A DNA stretch of 64,000 nucleotides from Ruditapes philippinarum (Eukaryota), in NCBI RefSeq assembly GCF_026571515.1, contig NW_026859731.1, positions 434,001-498,000 of the forward strand, in the 5' to 3' direction. This document shows positions 13,257 to 24,170 of this stretch, piece after piece. How positions within the stretch are numbered: the stretch's first letter is position 1; the number at the start of each line of letters is the position of its first letter. The notes under the pieces are model-generated. The model worked only from the letters and a program-made list of their open reading frames with translations, ran no database searches and was not told the origin of the DNA. A program made the translations under genes and the position numbers.

Positions 13257-13924
13257 CAGATTTCAACAATGTGTAGCAAAAGGGTTGACAAAATTAAATG
13301 CAGTGACTTCAGTAACTTTATATATAGAAGGCACCCACCTTATCTTGTTCGTGGCAAATGATTTTAATGACTTTTACAAGACATTAGATGACATTACCTG
13401 ATAGCACCGTTAGACTGAATAGCATAAGGGCTCATTATAACAAAGTACAATTTTATAAGTACGATTATGTTACATTTGAACTGCAAATAATAAATGTTTA
13501 CTTGTAATTCTACAGTGAATGAAAAAATCTACATTCAATTCTTTGTTTGTATAGAATAGATAACAGTTGACAGTTACTCGCTGAAATAAATTTTCCATTT
13601 CTTATTAATGATAATCAAATATATTGAATAAATTGCCTCGTTAAATGAAACTTAGTGCTTTGAAGAAAACACGTGCTTTTGTGTTTAACGGTCGACCAAT
13701 TTTGGGCAAATTAAACCCTCTAATTAGAATGTAAACATTTTTTAAATTTTTCATTTTGTTGCTTTATAGCAATATTCGATTGTTTTTAAAGTTTTTTTTG
13801 AAGTTGTTTAAAATAGTATTACATTTTGGCCTTTTCCATTACAGTTCGGAAACAACAATACCACCCCCACCCAAAAAAAAAAACGAAAAGAAAAAAACAG
13901 GAGTACCGAATTCTTTTGGCCTTT

Positions 13925-14507
13925 TCCCCCATATAACCAACCTCTCACGAGCTTCCCCATATAACCAACCACTCAGGCGCATCCCCATATAACCAACCTC
14001 TCAGAAGCATCCCCATATAAACAACCACTCAGGAGCATCCCCATATAACCAACCTCTCAGGAGCATCCCCATATAACCAACCTCTCAGGGGTATCCTCAT
14101 ATAACCAACCACTCAGGACATCCCAATATAACCAACCTCTCAGGAGCATCCCCATATAATCAACCTCTCAGGAGCATCCCCATATAATCAACCTCTCAGG
14201 AGCATCCCCATATAACCAACCTCTCAGGAGCATCCATATAACCAACATCTCAGGAGCATCCCCATATAACCAACCACTCAGGAGCATCCCCATATAACCA
14301 ACATCTCAGGAGCATCCCCATATAACCAACCACTCAGGAGCATCCCTTATAACCAACCCCCATGAACATTCCTATATAACCAACCTCTCAGGAGCATCCC
14401 CATATAACCAACCTCTCAGGAACATCTCATTTAACCAACCCCCATGAACATTCCCATATAACCAACCTCTCAGGAGCATCCCCATATACCCAACCACTCA
14501 GGAGCAT
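13925..14507. repeat. Minisatellite, 28-bp unit, ~20 copies
   Basis: CATCCCCATATAACCAACC(T/A)CTCAGGAG at 28-bp period (13980, 14008, 14036...). Confidence 0.95.
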
Positions 14508-14939
14508 GGGTACCCGAGTAGAACCCTCGATTTTCCGGCGAGCTGGATAAATTTCCAAGGTTAGCATGCAGTTGTTGGTAAGTGGTTGACGAAAGTTTAA
14601 AAAAAACTTCCGAGTTGGTAAAATGAACATGAATTTATCGGCTATACAATATAATTTTATGAACATCGTAAAGGAACGGGTATGCATATATGAACAATAG
14701 GTCATATTCTGAGTATATATTAATCCACCTATTGATATAACAAACACAAATGATCAATAAATGTATAAACAGCACATGCTAATTGAAAGAAATGCAAGTA
14801 AAAATTGGTTTGAAGTTGATTGCACTTCGTAAAATAAGTCCTTCCTTTCTCAAACACACTTCAAAGTAAACTAAAAGTGCTCGACGGTTTTTTAGCACGG
14901 AGAAGACAAAAAATGATACAATAATACGTGTAGCATTAA

Positions 14940-15295
14940 AGGGACTCCACCGAAGTTTTTTGACATGATGGGACTGAAAATATTTTTTCCAGAAAAATGT
15001 ACCATTGGATTTAAGTTTAAAACACTAATCTATGTGCAAAATTTCAGATCATTCGCGCACTTCGTCTTTCCAGAATAATTATTCAAATTGTAAAAAAATG
15101 ACCTAAAATGAAAAGCGTTTAAACGCTTTTCACTCAAATCGGGCTAAGAAAAGCATAAACATACGATTTTTAATTTATTTCAAAGTATATTTCTTAACTA
15201 TCTTTGCATTTATTTCTGTTTAAAATGCCCCAGCTCATTGGTGTAAAAAATTGAAATGTTATGATTTTAGAATTTTTAACCTCAGTGGAGTCCCT
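14940..15295. mobile_element. TTAA-flanked MITE (Kolobok-like)
   Basis: TIR AGGGACTCCAC / GTGGAGTCCCT with TTAA at 14936-14939 and 15296-15299. Confidence 0.82.
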
Positions 15296-18200
15296 TTAAA
15301 ATGAAGGGAAAAAAATCACTAAACATAAAAATTTGAAGAAGACTTTTAGGTTTACGTATTTTTACTATATACTTTGATAAAGGATTATCCAGAAGTTACA
15401 CAATAAATGACGTTTGACGCATAGTTTCTCATACTAAGTGAAAATGCATCTCAAAATTTAAGCAAAAAAATGACTTAAAGTAGTTGTTAGCATTATTTTG
15501 CTGTGTTCTAGACTATCATGTAATAAAAATTCAATTGATACAATCATATGTATATTAAATTATATATTTTTCAATTTGATTTTGTTTTTAACATACTTAT
15601 TACTGTAAAGTAGTCGTGTAACAAAAATTTCAATCGGAACACCTCGATGATTTTTGATAATCCTTATCCCCGAAGTTTGACGGAAAGGACCGAGAAGATG
15701 CGTTTTTCAACTCGTTTTGTATTGCTTATTGAACAAATAAATAACAAAAAGTAAATTTTAATATACATGCATGTGCAACAAAAAGGTTTCATAAATTTTG
15801 AAAACGGTGTTAGATCTACCTCAAAGATAAAGATATCTAAAAATTATCTCTGACTAAACATTTAGTTACTATATATAGCTACGCTACTTAAATTTTCTTT
15901 TAAAAACAGAAAGATGAGGGCTATTTGTTGCCTAGCAACGAGCTTCTAATATTTGTTTCGCAATACAAATTCACGAATGCTACCATTAAATCTTGTTTCA
16001 GATGATCACGTACAATCGCTTCATTGTGTTTACTTATTTTCTTACTTTGACATTGATGGCAAGTTGTCTCTGATTAATATAATGTAGATATATATCTCAT
16101 AAAGATATATATCATCATGTAGATATATATCAGCGAGAACGGTTTATCATAAAGTTGTGAAAAAAAAGATGAAGGGAGATAACATTGATGACATCTACAG
16201 TGACTTTGTATGATGTAGGGATGCTATTGAATAAAAATAATTAAATGTACATGTCCGATGTGTTTAATAGAAGGACTTCATCCTAACACGATCCAATGTT
16301 CACTGTGTTGAATCGGTTAAAATGTTGGACACTTTTATAAATTAATTTTTGCTAAATAAGTAAAATGGATCTAGTTTTTAGAATAAAGAAAATCTAATTA
16401 AATCACGCCCGCGTCCGTGTCCTTGGGTAAAAAAATGATAGGCGGCACGTAGTGAATGAATGTATGCACGTTACATCTGTAAGACTTGAACCTAAGGTCC
16501 ATGGATTCAGGGGACGACTTCTAGTCCATCAGATCATCCTTACCCTTAAGTTCAGGACATTACAGAAAGCAATATACATGCATTTTTAGATTTTTACTTT
16601 AATTAAAATGTGAAATACATTGAACTACTGCAAAGTGTGACTCCACAACCAAATCGATTACTAAAAGTGCAACCACTCCCCTCTCCTATAACTGCATTAA
16701 GACACATTTCTTTTTTGGTCCATTTGAGCATTGTGCCTGTAAATGGCCTTGCGTTCAAAACGCACGCTGTAGGGGGATTTTTTTCAGATGCGTTTGGCTT
16801 TAGTTTTTTTTTTTGTTTTTTTTTGAAAAACAAAACAAAACAAACAAACAATCAAACAACAACAAAGAAATAAACAACAAAATCATCACTGTTTTCAGTT
16901 ATGGAAGATAATCAACATGTCGTCCGTCGCCTTCTTGAAACCGGGGTATGTATATACATGTATATATACACGTCCCTGTTTAAAGTAAGCACTACATGAA
17001 AACTTCATTTGAGAGATGAACAACAATTACGAAAACACTTCTATCCGAAGCCCGTGATTCAATGTTGAAGTGAAAAGTATATCTCATTCTATAAACTGTA
17101 AGATATAAAAGCAAGAGTTATGTTCAAGTGCTAGCCAAATGATCTTGAAGACTGAAGAATTCTTTATATCAAGCATTAATCTTGTGACAATCTGTAAATC
17201 TTAAAAACTCTTGATCACTTTTTTTGTCTCATTTAAGTTTTTCTTTTTCAAGTTGAACATGACACCACCTCAATGAGCACTTCTTTTATTTTTACGCTTT
17301 TTAGTTTTTTTTTTGTAGTCAATGTTTATATATACCATAGAATACTTGAAGGCGCGTAAAAAGTACAAAGTATAGTAGCAGGGAAGAAAGTTCGCAATGA
17401 AGTAGATCTTCGTCAACAGTATTTGCTAAACATGAGGTTTTTCGGTTTTTCTAAACATGAAACCATTTTGAAAAATTAGGGGCATTGTTTGGTGAATATA
17501 AATTAGGCCAGAAGATTATCTGCATTAAGCATTTGATATCTGCGTAGCAACGGTGAAAGCGACTTAGCCAAGGTTGAAAGTAATAAAAGGTTAAGATAGG
17601 TTATCTCAATTTTAAAGATTGATTTCTTAAACGAAATCAATATTGTATTAACCTAAGTATTATCTTAAGTCCCATGATTTGGAATAGATAAGTTTTTAAA
17701 TCAAATTCATGATCACCGGACGCCGACCGGGGGTACATAAATATCGTCAGTTTCTTTTGTTTCTTTAAGCCATGATTTTAACTCTAGCAAGTCTTTACAT
17801 CAACTTCTTCAATACGGCGAAAAAAGATAACAAAATCGACACTTTCAATACTTATTATCAGTCTAAAAGGTGACAACGTTAGGAACGAAAAAACTAAACC
17901 CTATAAATTAAAATAAATAATACTGAAAATTTTGTAACGTTTTTTTAAATTGGATAATTTTTGAGGGTCTATATAATCTTTCAATTTGGAATAAAGTATT
18001 TCCCATAAAATTCTGATGTTTTTAAAAATTTCCCGTTAAAAGAACTGACATGTTATATGAAACTTTATTTGATGGTTTTCCCAAAAAACCCCAATGTTTT
18101 AAGGGGTTATATAAACATTCAACCGTTTAAAACTGAAAACAATATTTCTGTCAGACAAAATAATATAGGGATTTTTTAAAAAAGGTTAAGGGCCCAGATT

Positions 18201-21200
18201 GGTCTTTGGGTTGTAAGTTTAAAATCGTCCTACCCTTGGGGGGGAAAGGTTTTTTATTGCAAACAACTGTTTAAACACGATCAAATAACCTGACAAAGTT
18301 CTGAACAACCTATTTATACAGCACACGTGTTATCCCAGATCAAATGTAAGTCAAACCTAAAATTTACAAATATAATGTAAACATTACGATTGTCCATTGA
18401 AAATTGACTTTACAAACAGACAACATTATATATGAGTTACGAAGACTAACACCAGGTTATATGGCATTGTGCAAACGGTTATTTGCTATATCACATGCTT
18501 AAAACGGTTTATGATAAGCCATATAAGTTTTTTTTCTTTCAGATGATTTATGGTGTTTATAAAGAAAGACAAACAAAAACCACACAGACAGCTCAGCATC
18601 CTTTTATTTTCATAAGTTCTTGGCAGACATAAGATTATGTATGATTTGAAAAATATGCCATTTATCTTATCTGGCACAGAAAAGAAAACAATCAGAAGTA
18701 TATTTTACTCTATAAATTTACCAGTGGCAAATCATATGATATATTTGAATCATAGTAATAAAGTTCATCATAGATGCAAACTCAACTGTCGTAATAACTG
18801 GCTGTGACGGAAATTGCCGAAATGACTAGACGATTATTCATAGTCTTTACGGAAAGGACCGAAAAGATACGATTGCGCACTTTTGTCTCAGTCGCAACTT
18901 TTCAGCCCTTTCCGACAGACTTCGGATTATAGATTGCTTTTGTGTCTAAAATTTTCAGCATTTTCCGTCATATTTCGGTAAATGGTACGAGGGTGACAAA
19001 CGATCGACATACATGATATTTTGTTTGTTTATAATTATGTCACAAACAGTCTTCTCTGGACACATGATGACTCCCGTCTACAAAAGTGTGTTATGTGACA
19101 AAAGACATGTCAAAACGGTGGCAATGGTCGGGTCCTGTGGTAATATTGTCTGACAAGAAATACAGGGGATGCAAGTTCAACCAAATGCCTCACCACCTCC
19201 CTACCTTCCACGCTAGTTCAACTAAAATTACAAACACGTCTTTGGTCGGATGTAACTTTGTAAGAATCGGCACCCTGTGACACCTTGTGTAACTTGCACT
19301 GTAAAGGACATAATGGAATTTATGTCTCCGCTGCAACCGGAACACCTCAACCATTATTCATAAATCGGGCCGAAAATTTGTGATTGTAGCCGTTGCACAA
19401 ACTACAAGAAAGTCCTCGGAGAGAATCGTCCATAGGGGTTTCCGCTTGACTTTAGCGCACTTCAGTGCAGTAAAGTTGGAAACGCGTGAATCACATTCCC
19501 AAAGACGTGAAAATATGTTTTATAGTTCACTGATACAACATATGCATTTCATTTAATCTTATTTGGTTCATCTTTAGAGAATAAAATTCAAACATTTACA
19601 GCTTGTAAAAGACATATACTTTTTAAGCAGACGATTGGAGGGTTGAGGAACTAGACAGAAACATATAAATACAATATAGTACATGTCATATAATACAATT
19701 ATACTGCATGACCGAGGTTTGTTTGTTTTCAAATATATCTCTCTCGTGTCTCAGAACGCGGAATCAAAGTCTTTACGCAATTTTAATGGTATGCACTTGT
19801 GAACGTTTCAATCTTTTTTCAGATTTAATGTCATGAAACGTAAGATATGCAAACATATAAATTAATACCATGGTTCCGGTACGTGAAATGGAGAGGTTCA
19901 AATTTCAAACTAATTATGTAATTAATTACCGAAGGATTTAAAGGAACCAGGCCCTGCTTGTTACGTAAATACTAGTCCATTTATATTATATCAACAACAA
20001 ATAGTAACTGTTGTCAATGATAAAAAAACGAGAAAAAGCGAGATTTCGTTTCGATTGCACTGTTTCAAAGAGACATTTTATATACTCGCAGAAATTATCC
20101 TTAAAATAAACGGCTGTGGTAACTTTTTTCTCTTTTCTAATAATATACTTTCGATGGAGGAAGTCTATTAAAATGCCCTACAAAGATATCAAGCAAATTA
20201 CCAAGTGCACGAGAGTTTATCTTTAGCACGAGCAATTAATATAACACCGCACCGGGAGAGAGAACGCTTATCAGTTTTATGCTTTCCCGATTCTGCTACT
20301 GTCATATGAAAATAAAACATCCCAACTGCTGTTAAAGATATCAGACTGATAAAAACCCAAGTAAAACATAAAACAAGCAATCTGGAAAACTGTTTTATGC
20401 AAGTATATTGGCACCAATGACGTCACGAGGCACGTGATGCCTGCTGTGCAAAGGCAATCGAAAATCCAAATGTTTAGTCTCCAAGTATTTATTGGGCTAA
20501 TCATTTGTTTACTATCAAGTGTAGTTTTCAGTATAACACAATATCTAGAAATCATTATAAGAAAAGCATCCTAACATCTGTTTTGATACCAAGAAATTCT
20601 TTCCACTTTATGAGTTTTTGAAAGGGGATGAAAAGCCAAAAACCTTTTTCTAATTTCTTTTTAACGAGAGTGAAGATTTCTGGAATCTTTGAGCCCTACA
20701 GAAATTCATTATCTGATACCGACAATAAAAATATACAAATTCTTAAAATAAACCAGAAATACAATTTAAAGTATATTTGACCGTTTTCACTGTCAGTAAT
20801 TTGAAATCAAATTTGTAAATAGACGATTTAACTTTCCTTTACGTTGGTACAATGAAACCATTCAAAGGAGCGCGTTAGCATTCTCAGCATAAATGTATCT
20901 TGCTCTTTATAGAAAGCATAACACAAGTTAATAAGGAGAGCACCGGGGTCATTTGTTAGATCCTTGACAAGGCATAAGTTCTCCGTAACAATCTATTTCG
21001 GACATTGTGTCAAATGGTCCATTGTTCCTCACCGCTGATTTAGAAATTCAGAAATCATGTTTGCTTAGTAATCGCTCACTTGCGGAGAATTTCGAAATTA
21101 TACTGGGTAGTTATTCAGGAAAGCCAGTTTAAGGGGATATGACCAATAACAAATCGGCGTAAAAACGACATAAAACAAACTAACAAACAGCCTGTTGTCT

Positions 21201-22173
21201 TAAATTAATAAAAACTCGCTATATTATCCTGGAAAACAACAACAACAAAAACAACAACAAAATTCTTGTCCAGTGTGTGAACGCTTTCTTTCTATGCTTG
21301 TAAGTATGGAAACTGTAACGAAATTGGCTGAATACCTACGAAGTTTTGATGAATTGTATGCTTTTAATGAAGATGAAGATTTATAAAGATTGAAACAACC
21401 TAGTGTTGTGTACAATGTCTTTGTCCAATCCCTTGAAGTCTTTGGATCTTTTTTCCTGATACAAACGTCCGCGTCTTTTGCGAGTCTCTCAAAGAGCACA
21501 GAACGATGAACAACCTATGTGTTCCAGGACTTGTTTATATATTCTTTTCTTTTTATTACTGTATATTGATCAGTTTGGATACACACAGCACCTGTTACAT
21601 ACATTATCAAGCAAATGCAATCTTCTTTTTTGATTCTCCTGGTCGATTATAGATGTTAATTGTTTGATACCGTACAGCTGTTGTTTCAATTTGTCATAGG
21701 TCTCAATGTTATAACAGTCGATCTGAACGTTTTATGACATCTTATAAAAGAAAAGTTCTTGAACTGTTAATGTTGAAGTAATGTTAATTCGTCCTGTTAT
21801 AAAGTCGAGCAAACGTGGTTTGATAAAAAGATATCTCTGATATGATGTGAATAATAGACGATCTAATAAAGGTTAGGGGTTGTTGTTTTGTCAAAATCTA
21901 ATTATATTAGAAGTGTTACGTGCGACGAAAATACTTGAAAAATGCTATAGTTCGGTCCAGCATATTAAAAAAAGGGGAAAAAAACGAAGGCAATATGTTT
22001 GGCATATCACATTGGCAATGCCGTGAAGTGAATCTTTTCTATGGTAATTCGAAGAATCGTATTTTTGATACTTACTGTCACCAGCTTTTATTAATATGTG
22101 AAAAAGGAAGCGTTATCTTAATTAACACAAAGAAAGTCAGAAATGGTGCAACTTGAATTGCAACGTACCCAGC

Positions 22174-22232
22174 CACAAACAAATACATAATATTCATAAG
22201 GGACCCTTGTGAATATTATGTATTTGTTTGTG
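22174..22232. repeat. Near-perfect 59-bp palindrome
   Basis: 29-bp arms CACAAACAAATACATAATATTCATAAGGG / CCCTTGTGAATATTATGTATTTGTTTGTG, one mismatch, 1-nt spacer. Confidence 0.92.
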
Positions 22233-22409
22233 AAAACACTCAAACTTACTTATCCCTTGGACCACTTATACCTTAGTTATTAACATTTTGTTATGAAAAT
22301 ATGTTTAATTCTCAAATCTTGAGACACAATGGGGGATTACTAGAAAAAATGCCTATCAAATATTTGAAAGACCATGTAGAAACATATAGATAGTGCTAAC
22401 ACTGTATTT

Positions 22410-22777
22410 TATGGCTGCTGATTTGGAACGGCGCGTTGTCGGACTTTCGCCTTGTCGTCATGTCGCTAACGATGCACGCCAAACGGCGCGTTGGGTCGTG
22501 GCGGCGAAGGGGGTCGAGCGATGTCAATTAACCACCTTGGTTCAAATTCAAAGGATTGGCTTTTAATAAAGCCAATGAAAGGACGACATCAGCGGAACAA
22601 AACGCGCCGGGTTTGGCGTGCTTCGAACGACTAGAAGACAAGGACGACAAGAACGACAGCGAAACAAACCAGCGGCCGTTTCCGTTTTGTCGTGATCACG
22701 CTAGCGACAAGACGAAAAGTCGATAACGATATAAATTGTATTGTCGCTAACGACAAGGCAACGCGCAGTGTACCATA
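22410..22777. mobile_element. Degenerate palindromic MITE built from TTGTCG/CGACAA subrepeats
   Basis: TATGG...CCATA ends, CpG-rich, inverted TGTCG/CGACA motifs. Confidence 0.55.
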
Positions 22778-23417
22778 GCATTTAGGCGTCTGATATTTAT
22801 CATAAACTAATAAAGGGAAGCAACTTCAAGAAAAAAAGAGATTACAGTGTATCGTTTGTTACTTCCCATAGACTGCAAAAAACGCAACAGTTTTTCCAAA
22901 ATAACTTTATTTGAACCTATTTAGATCAATTATAAGATTTAAAATCATATTACATACTTTGGACTTAAAAACAGGTTACATTATCCATTAAAAATACAAT
23001 GAAAGTGAAAAAAATGCATTTTTCTGACAGCGTTAAATTGGTCCGGTCGCTTCCGGTCTCCGGTCTCTCCCGGTCTATTTTGACCGGAATTTACGAGAGA
23101 CCGGCGAATAGCATCATATTTACTGGCCCGGTCAGTGCCGGTCTTCTAAAAATTATCGATCTTTCTAGATGAAAAATGTGTTGATATAAGCTATTTTTTC
23201 GTATATAATGTATTTCGTTTCAAATTATTTGTTTTTAATTATGTTTTTTTGTTGTTGTTACTAATTTTATAATTTAATCAAATATATAAATGAATTAAGT
23301 ACGGGGAATGGCATTAATGCAACAGTCATCTTTTTTTTTAATTATAACATTTTAATTTATAATTATAATTGTTACTTTTTTATGTTCATCAATGTAATAT
23401 CGTGATTATCAATGGCA

Positions 23418-23770
23418 TTTTTTTTAATGCGTTTATTTAAGGTCGCCGCCGGAAAGCCCATATGGGCGACCTAGTCCAACTAATTGTACTGCGCGACGAG
23501 ATATTGTGCTATTTTCGTGTCTGGGCAATAAAAGCGAGATTCTGCCCCAGAACGAAAATATCTCAGAATCAAGCTTTGGCACGTCAATATATTTTGACTA
23601 ATGGGCGACCGTACACTCAAGTCGGGCCATCCTAGAGCGTCCCGCCGAGATTTTTTCGTCGATTTTTTTCCAGCTTTATTGGTGGAGGAAGACCCCAGGT
23701 GCCCCTTCGGGCATTATTTCAGGCACGAGCGGGCACCTGGGTAGAACCACCGACCTTCCGTAAGCCAGCT
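23418..23770 (-). mobile_element. 5'-truncated copy of the SINE at 10639, interrupted by a nested element
   Basis: Near-identical reverse complement of ~10745-10965 including the unusual 3' tail; poly(T) at 23418-23425. Confidence 0.92.
23472..23600. mobile_element. 129-bp non-autonomous DNA transposon with TAGTC...GACTA ends and 10-bp TSD (AcademH-like)
   Basis: ATGGGCGACC duplicated at 23462-23471 and 23601-23610; the empty site is visible in the SINE copy at 10639. Confidence 0.8.
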
Positions 23771-24109
23771 TCTATTCTTAAACCATTTATTTTACTTAAA
23801 AAAAATAATCACTTAAATAATTCATAAATCCAATTTGAAACTTAGAATCTCTTAACTAAACGCTAATAACAAATTAAATAAAATGTTTCAAAGTTGATTG
23901 TGTCAAAATGTACCTTTTTTAAAATGAACAGTGCTTTTGTTATTTTTAGAACTGAAAGTTTTGTATGATAATAATTATAATAGATAAATAAATAAATTTG
24001 AGAGATGATCTGTGTTAATTCATTATTGTAACCAAACTAAGTGAAAACATTTAATTTGGGAAAAAATAACGGCCAAGGGAGGTAATCACTGTGAGGAGTT
24101 TGTTAAATA

Positions 24110-24170
24110 AGGACTCCGGAGTAACGCCCCTTAGTTTTTCTCCGCCATTTGTATCAAGGAAGGTGAGGTT
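24110..24170 (+). promoter_or_regulatory. Probable core promoter / first non-coding exon of the DUF4807-like gene
   Basis: Pyrimidine run followed by YY1-like CCGCCATTT, then a donor-like AAG|gtgagg; CpG-depleted gene-body-like sequence follows. Confidence 0.5.

Noticed and set aside
12999-13361. Overlapping ORFs on both strands
   Set aside because: Artefacts of the 30-31-bp minisatellite.
13925-14507. CRISPR-like appearance of 28-bp repeats
   Set aside because: Head-to-tail units with no unique spacers; eukaryotic context, no cas genes.
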